A DNA stretch of 64,000 bases, taken from NCBI GenBank assembly GCA_965367815.1, contig CBDUKN010000003.1, positions 32,001 to 96,000 of the forward strand, written 5' to 3'. This document shows, piece by piece, positions 20,453-29,469 of this stretch (position 1 is its first letter; each line of letters starts with the position of its first letter). Below the pieces are notes generated by a model. That model was not told where the DNA came from, searched no databases, and worked only from the letters and a program-made list of their open reading frames with translations. This DNA is from an uncultured Thermoprotei archaeon (GTDB taxonomy: Archaea > Thermoproteota > Thermoprotei > Thermofilales > B15-G2). A program made the translations under genes and the position numbers.

Positions 20453-20721
20453 GGTCCATAGATTCCTGCTCTCAAGGCTCTTTCTGCTTCACTTCTATCC
20501 ATGAATATTTCGGCTACTCTTAGCACGTTTTCAAGTGAAGGGTTTCTACGAGCCTTAGAGACTATTTTCTTGTACTCGGGGTGCTTGTAGACGAGCATAC
20601 GTGCTATTTCTTCGAAGAGTCTGCGGCCGTCAGAGTTAAGCATGTTGTTTTTATCAAAGTAGAGGTAGTACCCGGAGAGAAGCTTGATCATCAGGAAGCG
20701 GAGGTCTTTTCCAAAAGACAC
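20431..20721 (-). CDS. Small hypothetical protein
   Basis: 96-aa ORF with natural composition, convergent with DUF3800. Confidence 0.65.
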   Translation of the reverse strand: MSFGKDLRFLMIKLLSGYYLYFDKNNMLNSDGRRLFEEIARMLVYKHPEYKKIVSKARRNPSLENVLRVAEIFMDRSEAERALRAGIYGPYSFGVL

Positions 20722-20826
20722 GTGAATTCAATGAATTTTCTAAATAAATAATTATCGTTGAGGAGAACAGGGTAGAAATAGTTAAGTAAATTTAATTACT
20801 TTTCCAAGCTAATATACTCGGAGTAT

Positions 20827-22227
20827 ATGTCTGAAAAAGAGCCTATTATTGATATCCTGAACAGAGTACTTGAGGATACGAGTTCTCTTGGCTATGAGTA
20901 CGCCGATATGCGCTACGAGCTCCGAGAAGGCTTTAGTGTAACTGTGAGGAAAGGTGCTGTAGAGGCTTCTCAAGCTTCTATAAGCAGAGGAGTAGGCATA
21001 AGAGTGTTGGCTGACGGCGCGTGGGGTTTTGCTTCATCAGAATCTTTCACTTACACTGACTTGAAGAAAGCTCTTGAGAAAGCATTTAAGCTAGCTAAGA
21101 CATCGGCTAAAGCACGTAAAAAGAACGTCGAGTTAGCTGAAGTAAAAGTATATAAGGATTACGTTAAGGCAGTAGTCAAAGAAAATCCTGCTAAAGTACC
21201 AGTCGAAGATAAAGTCAAGCTTGCTCTTGAAGCAGACAAGGTCATTACGGGCTACGGCGACGTAGTGAAAGATACATCAGTCTACTATACTGACTACAGT
21301 TTCAGGAAAGTATTTGTTAGCAGTGAGGGAGCAGAAATAGTAATCGACGGCATTAGAACATATTTCAGAATCTATGTGACTGCTGGAGAGGCAGGAGTAC
21401 TTTCACCGGCGTACGAGACAATGGGCGGTGTAAAAGGCTTTGAAATTTTCCGCGGAGAAGAACCTATTGAACTAGCTAAAACAGCTGCTGAGAGAGCAAT
21501 AAGGCTCCTTAAAGCAGGCTTACCTAAAGGAGGTCTCTCAACAGTAGTGTTAGATAACAAGCTCTTAGCGCTAATAGTTCACGAAGCATTCGGCCACTGT
21601 GCTGAAGCAGATTTAGTTATTACAGGAGACGTGCTGACAGGTAAAGTTGGACAGAAAATAGTTTCGAAGCTAGTAACTATAGTAGATGACCCTGAGCCAC
21701 CTTACGCTAACGGCTGGACACCCTATGACGACGAAGGAGTAAGAGCACGGAAAGTAACTATTGTTGAGGAAGGAGTACTCAAAGAGTACATGCAGAGCCG
21801 CGAAACAGCGGCAGTCTTAGGCATGGAGCCTACAGGCAACGCTAGAGCCCAAAACTACAACTTTGCTCCACTAGTCCGTATGCGGAACACCTATATGCTT
21901 CCCGGAGACTGGGATCCAGACGAAATAATAAAGGAAACAAAGGAAGGCTTCTACCTTAAAGGAGCAATGGGTGGTCAAGCAGACACTAATGGAGACTTTA
22001 TGTTCGTGGTGCAAGAAGCTTGGGGAATAGAAAACGGTGAGCTGAAAGAGGCCTATAGAGGCGTAACAGTGTCAGGAAATGCTATAGAAGTGCTTAAAAG
22101 CGTAGACGCTGTGGGCAAAGACTTAATCATAGGTTTTCCTGGAACATGCGGCAAAGGGCAAATGGCTCCAGTAGACGGAGGAGGTCCACACATAAGATGT
22201 AAACTTATTGTAGGTGGTAAAAAATGA
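20827..22227 (+). CDS. tldD: TldD family metalloprotease
   Basis: HEAFGHCAEAD (HExxxH), DDEG, RMRNTY, C-terminal CGK. Confidence 0.95.
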   Translation: MSEKEPIIDILNRVLEDTSSLGYEYADMRYELREGFSVTVRKGAVEASQASISRGVGIRVLADGAWGFASSESFTYTDLKKALEKAFKLAKTSAKARKKNVELAEVKVYKDYVKAVVKENPAKVPVEDKVKLALEADKVITGYGDVVKDTSVYYTDYSFRKVFVSSEGAEIVIDGIRTYFRIYVTAGEAGVLSPAYETMGGVKGFEIFRGEEPIELAKTAAERAIRLLKAGLPKGGLSTVVLDNKLLALIVHEAFGHCAEADLVITGDVLTGKVGQKIVSKLVTIVDDPEPPYANGWTPYDDEGVRARKVTIVEEGVLKEYMQSRETAAVLGMEPTGNARAQNYNFAPLVRMRNTYMLPGDWDPDEIIKETKEGFYLKGAMGGQADTNGDFMFVVQEAWGIENGELKEAYRGVTVSGNAIEVLKSVDAVGKDLIIGFPGTCGKGQMAPVDGGGPHIRCKLIVGGKK

Positions 22228-23534
22228 GTGTAGTCGAGTTTGCTTTAAAATATGCTCTAGAGCTAGGTGCAACAGAAGTACATGTAGTTTTAGCTAAAGG
22301 TAGAGGCTATAGAGTTGAAGTAACTTCAGATGCGATATCTAATGTAGCTTACAATGAAGGAGTGAGACTCTCCATAACAGCTATAGTCGGAAAGAAGCTA
22401 GGATACTCTTCGACAAATAGTCTAGATGAAAAAGAAGTAAGAAAGTGTGTAGAAAGAGCAGTTAGCTTAGCCAAAGCCATTACGGAAAATCCTCACTGGA
22501 AGCACTTACCCGAACCCCGCAAGTATCCTGAAATAAAAGATGTGTATGATACAAAAGTGGCTGAGCTAGAGCCTGAAGAAGCAGTAGAGTTCATGAAAAT
22601 ATGCCTAGACGCAGTCAAAGAAGAAGGTCGAAACGTTGTAGTAATGCAGGGAGAACTTAGCACAGGAGAATCTGAAGTAATTATAGCTAACAGTAGAGGA
22701 TTATGGGGCGAAGATAAGGGAACAAGTGTTTCCGCTTACTTAGTTACAGTAGCTAAAGAGGCTGGCACAGTAGGAAGTTTTGCTACAGAAGATGCTGTAT
22801 CGAGAAAACTTGACATAGATTTCGCGGAGTTAGGGAAAGCGGCGGCCAAAAAGGCATTAGAGTCTCTCCACTTAAAGCCTATAGAGAGTTTTAAAGGTTC
22901 TCTTATACTTGACTACGAAGTAGCAGCTTTTCTAGTACTAAATCTCGCTAGAGCATACTCAGGCGACAATGTCTGGAGAGGAAGTAGTCCTCTTAAAGAT
23001 AAGCTGGGTCAGCAAATAGCTTCAGCCAACTTGACTATAGTAGATGACGGAGTAATGCCCGGCGGAATATCTACATCTAAATTTGATGCAGAAGGCTCTC
23101 CGCGACAGAGAACAGTAGTTTTAGAGAAAGGAGTGCTGAAAACATTTCTCAACAACACGTTTACGGCCGAAATACTAGGTATGAAGCCTACAGGAAATGC
23201 CGCTTCTCTTTTAGCTGTGCTACCGTCAAACACAATAATAGAGCCAGGAGACATTACAATAGAGGAAATAATAAATGAAACAAATAAGGGGCTTTTCATA
23301 AGTAGGTTTTCAGGAAAAATGAGCTCAGTAGACGGAGTAGTATCAGGTACAGCTAAGCAAGCCTTCTTAGTAGAAAATGGTGAGAAAAAATATCCTGTCA
23401 GGGAGTGCATGATTGTGGGGAATCTCTATGATTTCATAAAGAATATAAGTGCACTAAGTAAAGAAAGAAAATTCAAGTGGTCAGTATTAACACCAGTAAT
23501 TAAGATAGAAGGAGTAAACATAGTCGGCAAGTAA
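22224..23534 (+). CDS. pmbA: PmbA/TldE family protein
   Basis: FDAEG, TGNA, no HExxxH; overlaps tldD stop. Confidence 0.92.
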   Translation: MSVVEFALKYALELGATEVHVVLAKGRGYRVEVTSDAISNVAYNEGVRLSITAIVGKKLGYSSTNSLDEKEVRKCVERAVSLAKAITENPHWKHLPEPRKYPEIKDVYDTKVAELEPEEAVEFMKICLDAVKEEGRNVVVMQGELSTGESEVIIANSRGLWGEDKGTSVSAYLVTVAKEAGTVGSFATEDAVSRKLDIDFAELGKAAAKKALESLHLKPIESFKGSLILDYEVAAFLVLNLARAYSGDNVWRGSSPLKDKLGQQIASANLTIVDDGVMPGGISTSKFDAEGSPRQRTVVLEKGVLKTFLNNTFTAEILGMKPTGNAASLLAVLPSNTIIEPGDITIEEIINETNKGLFISRFSGKMSSVDGVVSGTAKQAFLVENGEKKYPVRECMIVGNLYDFIKNISALSKERKFKWSVLTPVIKIEGVNIVGK

Positions 23535-23592
23535 ATCAGCCAACCCCCTCGCCATCACAGATCATTAGCTCCCAGCGGTCTCATCACCGCTT
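23534..23592 (-). ncRNA. C/D-box methylation-guide sRNA
   Basis: Minus strand GTGATGA (C) - GACCGCTGGGAG - CTAA/ATGA (D') - GTGATGG (C') - CGAGGGGGTTGG - CTGA (D); TATA-like AAAAATATA upstream. Confidence 0.82.
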
Positions 23593-23678
23593 ACCTTAAA
23601 GTTTGCTACCCCTATATTTTTATTGTACTCTTTTTAAGTAATTTACTTATATTAGGCGAATTTTCTTATTTTCACGAA

Positions 23679-24221
23679 ATGATACTAAGTGACAGGGAGC
23701 TACTCGAGCTCATAGAGAAAGGAGATCTTGTGATAAAGCCTTTTAGCAGAAAATACTTAGACGATGTGAGCTACGAAGTACATTTATCGAACGAGTTTAT
23801 CGTAATGGACTATATTAACACACCTGTTATAGACGTCGGTAAGCTAGATGAACTCAAATACGAGAGAGTTAAGTCATCTGAAATAGTTGTACAACCTCAT
23901 CACTTCGTCTTAGGTAGAACACTCGAGTGGATCGAGTTACCGAGCAACGTTACAGGATTTGTCAGCGGAAAATCCTCACTGGCCCGCCTCGGACTACAAG
24001 TCCACGCCGCAGCACTAATACATCCCGGTAGTAGAGGATATATTGTTCTGGAAATATTTAATCACAACAATGTGCCTATAGTGCTGAGAGAAAAAATGGC
24101 TATAGCTCAAGTAGTATTTATTAAAAACTATAGTCCCGAAAAAGATTATGGTAGACGTAAAGGTATGTACTTTAATCAGAAGGAAATAACTCTTCCGCGA
24201 AAAATACCCTTTTACGAGTGA
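23679..24221 (+). CDS. dcd: dCTP deaminase
   Basis: MILSDRE, TLEWIELP, GKSSLARLGL, IHPGSRG..VLE. Confidence 0.92.
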   Translation: MILSDRELLELIEKGDLVIKPFSRKYLDDVSYEVHLSNEFIVMDYINTPVIDVGKLDELKYERVKSSEIVVQPHHFVLGRTLEWIELPSNVTGFVSGKSSLARLGLQVHAAALIHPGSRGYIVLEIFNHNNVPIVLREKMAIAQVVFIKNYSPEKDYGRRKGMYFNQKEITLPRKIPFYE

Positions 24222-24747
24222 ATTGCTTCATTCAAGTCGATACCCCAGGTATTTTTCGCAAGCTCAAAACTTTTTTCTATGCTAACATATTCAAAGAAAT
24301 TAGGTACCTTTTCCTTAAGTACTTTAATTGTCTCCTTTAAACTCACTGAAGAACTAATACTTGCGTGAATTAAAATACACCTTTTATCTACAGTAGCTCT
24401 ACATTCTACTTCTCTAGTAAAGGTGTATCTAGATAAATTCAAAAACACTTTATTGTAGAAATTCCCCGCAGCCTCAAATACTCCTAGCGTATATCGCCTA
24501 CATAAACTAATTCTGCCTACGCCACTATTTTCAACAATTACTATATTGTAACGAAGACATTTTTCAATAGCTTCTGCTTCTAAAAGTACTTGAATAGCCT
24601 TACCAAAACCAATTTTCTTATCTAGCTCGGTGAAAACTTCGAGTACTGTTTCTGTGAAGAAAAGTCCTTTACTTGAAGCCTTCCAATAAGTTCCTCAAGC
24701 TCAGACTCCAAAATCTCCTTTAGTTTTCGGCAAAGCTTTTCTTTCAT
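24212..24747 (-). pseudogene. Frameshifted hypothetical gene with a degenerate P-loop-like segment
   Basis: ATG 24747 MKEKLCRKLK...; frameshift near 24660; second frame continues into the ORF at 24212-24448. Confidence 0.55.
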
Positions 24748-24829
24748 AGCTATCTTCTCCAGCTTATATTACTACTTTTTTGTCTAATAGAAGCTGAGTT
24801 AAGTCAACATATAGAAGAATTCTTAAGAA

Positions 24830-24935
24830 GCAGGGGAGGGAGTGAGCGGCCACCAGACCCCCCTCACAACTCAGGGGAGACTCAATCAAGGGGGAGCTGA
24901 GGGGACTCGACGCCTGCCTCACTCCCTCCCCTCGT
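24830..24935 (-). ncRNA. Candidate rod-like structured ncRNA, family unknown
   Basis: Perfect 15-bp inverted repeat 24832-24846/24918-24932, inner stem 24860-66/24898-904, GC-rich; CGAAAAACTTAAAAA promoter ~24 nt upstream on minus strand. Confidence 0.6.
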
Positions 24936-25233
24936 ATTTCACTTTTAACCAAAGTTTTTAAGTTTTTCGTTATAAAAGGGTTAGTAAGCTACTTCCGATC
25001 TTTTAGAGATACACTCTGATATTGAACTAGTTTCTTCAGATACGGTAGTTTCTAGTGCTCAGTTAATTTCTCTGCTATGTTTCAGTACCTTTATTGTAGT
25101 AGATTTAGTAACATATCTCTTAAGTGATTGTCGGTGATATCTTTAGAGGCACTAAAGTTTATTTAAATTATCTGCTAAATTACTTTGAAGTAGTAGATTT
25201 AGGTGAGTTCTGCTATTTATATAAGGTGAGAAA

Positions 25234-26217
25234 GTGTTGCCAGGAGGTCACTTAGCTGCAGTGCTCATAGGCTGCAACATTGTTTCAGTGCTAGTGATTG
25301 CTGTAGCCTATCTGCTAGCTAAAAGACTCAATGCAGCCAAGGTATTCAAGTATGCTTCAGTAATAGAAGCAATTATTTTAGCTGCAGTAGTGGGTTTATC
25401 TTATATGGCATTGCTGTCTCTCGTTCTTGGATTTAATGTAGTTGTTTTAATATCAGTTTTATCATTTATTATTTTGCAATATACAGTATACCCTAAATTT
25501 ATTTTAAAAGGATTAAAACTAAGTAAATTGACCTTAAATGACAAGGTTCTTAGCAACATTAAGCCCGCCTACATTTACTTAGCAGACTTAGGAGTATTTA
25601 ACGCTTTTAGCATTGATAATCATTTTAGTAAAATTATTATATTTGATAGAAAGTTTCATGAAGTATTATCAGAAGATGAATTTAAGGCTGTAGTTCTTCA
25701 TGAATATTTACACCTAAAGAGCTACGATATACTCTACTTGCTTTCTCTTGCATTGACTCCTCTCATTATTTTCTCGATAGGAGTGTATTTTCTCATTAAA
25801 GGCTGTAGTTTTATTAAAGCTAGAAAACTTATCGAAAAAGCTGAAGGCTTTCTTCCAGCTTTAGTCTTAACAATACTTGGGCTACTTTTCTTGGCTATAG
25901 TAGTTCCAATTTATTTGCCTGCTTTTTCTTTTATGAGAATGAGAGAGCATGTAGCCGACTTATATTCAGTTAGAGTACTTAAAAACAGTAGTGTTAAAAG
26001 GTCTCTTAGCAGAGCAGGATGTTGCGATGATGCTGAGTCTTTCGCTAAAAGTCCTTTTGCTGTTCTTCGATCTATTATATTCTTTTCTTCTCCTATTTTC
26101 TCTAATAGAAAATTATTTGATAGAATTATAGAGCTTTTACTGGGATCTACACTATTTAATAAATTAAGGAAAAGTATTGTTGAAGAGATTTCGGCAGAGA
26201 ATAGTTTCTGGGCTTAG
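25234..26217 (+). CDS. M48/HtpX-like membrane zinc metalloprotease
   Basis: NAFS, AVVLHEYLH (HExxH), REHVAD, TM segments. Confidence 0.85.
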   Translation: MLPGGHLAAVLIGCNIVSVLVIAVAYLLAKRLNAAKVFKYASVIEAIILAAVVGLSYMALLSLVLGFNVVVLISVLSFIILQYTVYPKFILKGLKLSKLTLNDKVLSNIKPAYIYLADLGVFNAFSIDNHFSKIIIFDRKFHEVLSEDEFKAVVLHEYLHLKSYDILYLLSLALTPLIIFSIGVYFLIKGCSFIKARKLIEKAEGFLPALVLTILGLLFLAIVVPIYLPAFSFMRMREHVADLYSVRVLKNSSVKRSLSRAGCCDDAESFAKSPFAVLRSIIFFSSPIFSNRKLFDRIIELLLGSTLFNKLRKSIVEEISAENSFWA

Positions 26218-26262
26218 CAGTTACTTATATATAGAAGACTGATTCGAAGAGATACAGCAAGC

Positions 26263-28008
26263 ATGAACGAGGAGGGGGAGTCGAGTAGTCCGCTGAAAAT
26301 AATTAAGACTAATCAGAGTATAAGGGTTCTCCTTGTAAGAGCAATACTCGTGGCTACAGCTGGTGGCGTAACTGGTGGACTCGGCATAATATACTTTAAG
26401 CATGTGCTAGGAGCCTCAGCTATAATCTTAGGTTTCCTTACATCGCTTAGCTCGCTTACTGTACTTATATCAATGCTTTTCAGCGGATGGTTTAGCGATA
26501 ACTACGGCAGGAAAAAAGCATTCGTTATAGGCACTCTCTTAGCATCAATACCTTCTTTCCTCTTTTTCCTCGCAAACAGCTGGGTTGTGCTTATACCTGG
26601 ATTTATTATAAGTGCTCTAGGCAGCTCGTTTATTGCACCTTCATATCAGTACATTATCAGAGTTTCTACTAAGAGGCAAAACAGGAGCACTAGTATTGCT
26701 TTGATTAATACAGCATCAAACATTATGTCTATGATCGTGCCTCCTCTAGCGGCTTTCCTAATAATGTATTTCGGAGGAATCTATTTAGTCAAGTACTCGT
26801 TTTTCATAAGCTTTCTTCTTATATTTACTGCTGCAATTTACTTAGCTAAAAAGCTCCAAGTTCCGGAGTACACTGACAAGAAGAAGACGAGGCTTAAATT
26901 TAGGTTTCTCGAGCCTTTCAGAGATCTCGTTAAAGTCTATAAGATAAGCCGTGAAAGAAAGCTACACTACTGGCTTGTTTTCGTGTCACTAGGTCCCTTC
27001 GTGAACACTATTGTTAGCCCGTTTTGGTCGCTTTATGCTTATGAGGTTTGTGGTACTCCTGGAGAGCTGATAGGTTTTCTGCCTACAGCTCAGTCTCTAA
27101 CATATATTCTTCTACTGATACCCGTATCTAAGCTCTCAGATAAAATTGGGAGGAAGAAAGTTTACTTGACCTTAAGGCCTTTTCTGTGGTTGTCTTTCTT
27201 AACTCTAGTCCTGGCGGGCACTTTTAAGTCGGAGTACTCTTACTTAGCTCCACTGCTTTCTTGGGCTTTCTACGGAATATTTGCTACAGGCTCACCTTCA
27301 ATGGCTGCTTCACTTATAGAGTCTTTTCCGAAAGAATATGTTTCTAGGTGGACTTCACTCAGAAATATTCTATACTACACTGTAGCTATTTTCGCGGGAT
27401 ATCTGGGTGGAGTGCTGTGGAGTATTGATCCTAGACTGCCTTTTATGGTGGCTTTCGTAGTTGATGCTACTAGAACACTCCTGCTGTTTAAAGTCCCTGA
27501 GACTCACATAAGTGTTCCCGAGGAAGAAGTCTCTGCTAGGCCTCCGCGCCACATAGTAATATACGAGCTTCCTGGAGCAGGACTAGGTACTGTAGCTAAG
27601 CTTCTCAGAAACAGACTTGGCTTGCAAATAGTCGATGTGGTTTCAGAGAAAGACTTAGAGAGAAAAGTGAAGGCTCCCTCGGTTATCGAAGGCGAAGCTG
27701 GACTTAAGTTAGCTAAAGAGAGAAACGACGCGCTCGTAGTGCTTCTTGTGGCTCCGCGCTACGAAAGAGCGCTCAAAATAATGAGGGAGAAGAAAGAGCC
27801 TCTTTTCGTAGCCTATAAGGAGCTCGAAGACGAAGACAAGAAAGTATCGAAAATGATTAAGAAGTACTTTAATGCCGACTTAGAGAAGCTACCTCCGTTC
27901 GACATAGCTATCAATACTCAGAGAATACCTCCTGACGTGGCTGAGAAGATAATAGAGTTGGCGTATGTTGAAGCCAGGAAGAAGAAAGAGAAGGAGGTTT
28001 CTACTTAA
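26263..28008 (+). CDS. MFS transporter fused to C-terminal cytidylate kinase-like domain
   Basis: MFS motif A twice (GWFSDNYGRK, SKLSDKIGRK); C-terminal ELPGAGLGTVAKLL...LVAPRYER...FDIAINT. Confidence 0.85.
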   Translation: MNEEGESSSPLKIIKTNQSIRVLLVRAILVATAGGVTGGLGIIYFKHVLGASAIILGFLTSLSSLTVLISMLFSGWFSDNYGRKKAFVIGTLLASIPSFLFFLANSWVVLIPGFIISALGSSFIAPSYQYIIRVSTKRQNRSTSIALINTASNIMSMIVPPLAAFLIMYFGGIYLVKYSFFISFLLIFTAAIYLAKKLQVPEYTDKKKTRLKFRFLEPFRDLVKVYKISRERKLHYWLVFVSLGPFVNTIVSPFWSLYAYEVCGTPGELIGFLPTAQSLTYILLLIPVSKLSDKIGRKKVYLTLRPFLWLSFLTLVLAGTFKSEYSYLAPLLSWAFYGIFATGSPSMAASLIESFPKEYVSRWTSLRNILYYTVAIFAGYLGGVLWSIDPRLPFMVAFVVDATRTLLLFKVPETHISVPEEEVSARPPRHIVIYELPGAGLGTVAKLLRNRLGLQIVDVVSEKDLERKVKAPSVIEGEAGLKLAKERNDALVVLLVAPRYERALKIMREKKEPLFVAYKELEDEDKKVSKMIKKYFNADLEKLPPFDIAINTQRIPPDVAEKIIELAYVEARKKKEKEVST

Positions 28009-28045
28009 ATGTATATATTCTGTGCGCCGATAATTATTCGGGAGT

Positions 28046-29293
28046 ATGCCCGAGAAACTAGGCGTAGGTTTAATAGGAGCAGGCTTTTCGGCTAGATTTC
28101 ATGTAAAATCGTGGGTCGGAGTCCGGAACGCCGATATTGTCGCAATTTTCAGCCGAACAGAAAAAAGAGCCAAAGAACTAGCGGCTCTAGCAGAGCAGTT
28201 CGGCGTAGGTAAACCCAAAGTCTACACAAATATACATGACTTGCTCAGCGACCCTAATGTCAATGCTATATGGATACTTACACCAAACAACACTAGAGTA
28301 GAAATAGTCAAAGCAATAGCAGAGGAAGCCGAGCAAGGCAAAGGAAATCTCATTGGAGTAGCCTGTGAGAAGCCTTTAGCCAGAACAGTTGCCGAAGCAA
28401 AGGAAATGATAAGGCTTATTGAAAAAGCAGGGCTTCTCCACGGCTACTTAGAAAACCAAGTATTCTCTCCAGCAGTCGTCAGAGGAAGAGAAATACTGTG
28501 GAAGTACGGAGCAAAGTACGCCGGCAGACCCTACTTAGCTAGAGCAGCTGAAGAACACGGTGGACCACATGCCTCCTGGTTCTGGAACCCAACTATCTCG
28601 GGAGGAGGAGTACTCCTCGATATGATGTGCCACAGCTTCGAAGCTGCCAGATATATGCTATTAGATCCAAGCAAACCTAAAGACAGCCTCAAGCCTAAGA
28701 AAGTGTCTGCTGAAATAGCTTCACTTAAGTGGACTAGACCAGAGTACATTGAGCAACTCAAGAAAACTTACGGAGTAGACTACAGTAAAGTCCCTGCAGA
28801 AGACTACGCTACAGCAGTAGTAGTATATGAAGACGATGAAGGAAACATAGTTCTCTCAGAAACCCACACTTCTTGGAGCTTCATTGGAGCAGGACTGAGA
28901 CTGACATTCGAAGTCCTTGGTCCAGAATACAGCCTATGGATAAATACTCTCCAGCCAGAACTCTTCGTATTCTTCAGCAGAAATGTCAAGATACCGCCTT
29001 CAGAAGAATTTGTTGAAAAACAGAACGCTGACCAAGGCTTAATGCCCACTATACCCGACGAGGCAGTAACATACGGCTACCAAGGAGAAAACAGGTACAT
29101 GGTAGAGTGTTTCCTCAAGAGAGAACAGCCTGCCGAGAACTGGTACGACGGACTACTAATAGTCCAGCTAATGATGGCTGCCTACAAGTCAGCTGAAGAA
29201 GGCAAGAAAATAGACTTCAAGCCAGAAGAACTAGAAACATATGTACCCAAAGTAGCTAAAGGAGAGTGGAACCCGAGATCAATACTAGAGTAA
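28046..29293 (+). CDS. Gfo/Idh/MocA family oxidoreductase
   Basis: GLIGAGF, ACEKPLA, GGGVLLDMMCH. Confidence 0.92.
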   Translation: MPEKLGVGLIGAGFSARFHVKSWVGVRNADIVAIFSRTEKRAKELAALAEQFGVGKPKVYTNIHDLLSDPNVNAIWILTPNNTRVEIVKAIAEEAEQGKGNLIGVACEKPLARTVAEAKEMIRLIEKAGLLHGYLENQVFSPAVVRGREILWKYGAKYAGRPYLARAAEEHGGPHASWFWNPTISGGGVLLDMMCHSFEAARYMLLDPSKPKDSLKPKKVSAEIASLKWTRPEYIEQLKKTYGVDYSKVPAEDYATAVVVYEDDEGNIVLSETHTSWSFIGAGLRLTFEVLGPEYSLWINTLQPELFVFFSRNVKIPPSEEFVEKQNADQGLMPTIPDEAVTYGYQGENRYMVECFLKREQPAENWYDGLLIVQLMMAAYKSAEEGKKIDFKPEELETYVPKVAKGEWNPRSILE

Positions 29294-29430
29294 TTCAATT
29301 TAACTTTATTTACTTATTTTTCACCTAAATATTATAGTAAGTAATCTAAGTATTTTGCAGAAAACAGTAATAGCCATAATTACAGCTAGCTTAATTTTGT
29401 CGATAAAGACATTTAATAGAGAAAGAAATA

Positions 29431-29468
29431 TACTTCAGAGGGGCGAAGTTACTTCACAGGGGTGAAGT
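29431..29468. promoter_or_regulatory. Tandem palindromic operator (2 x 19 nt, ACTTC-N8-GAAGT)
   Basis: TACTTCAGAGGGGCGAAGT then TACTTCACAGGGGTGAAGT, between a TATA-like box (29411-18) and the ATPase start. Confidence 0.7.
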
Positions 29469-29469
29469 A

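Noticed and set aside
24832-24932. MITE interpretation of the 15-bp inverted repeat
   Set aside because: No target-site duplication (flanks GAAGC / CGTAT), single copy in the window, and internal pairing plus a promoter favour an RNA
24764-24952. 62-aa ORF over the GC-rich hairpin
   Set aside because: Low-complexity translation explained by the structured element
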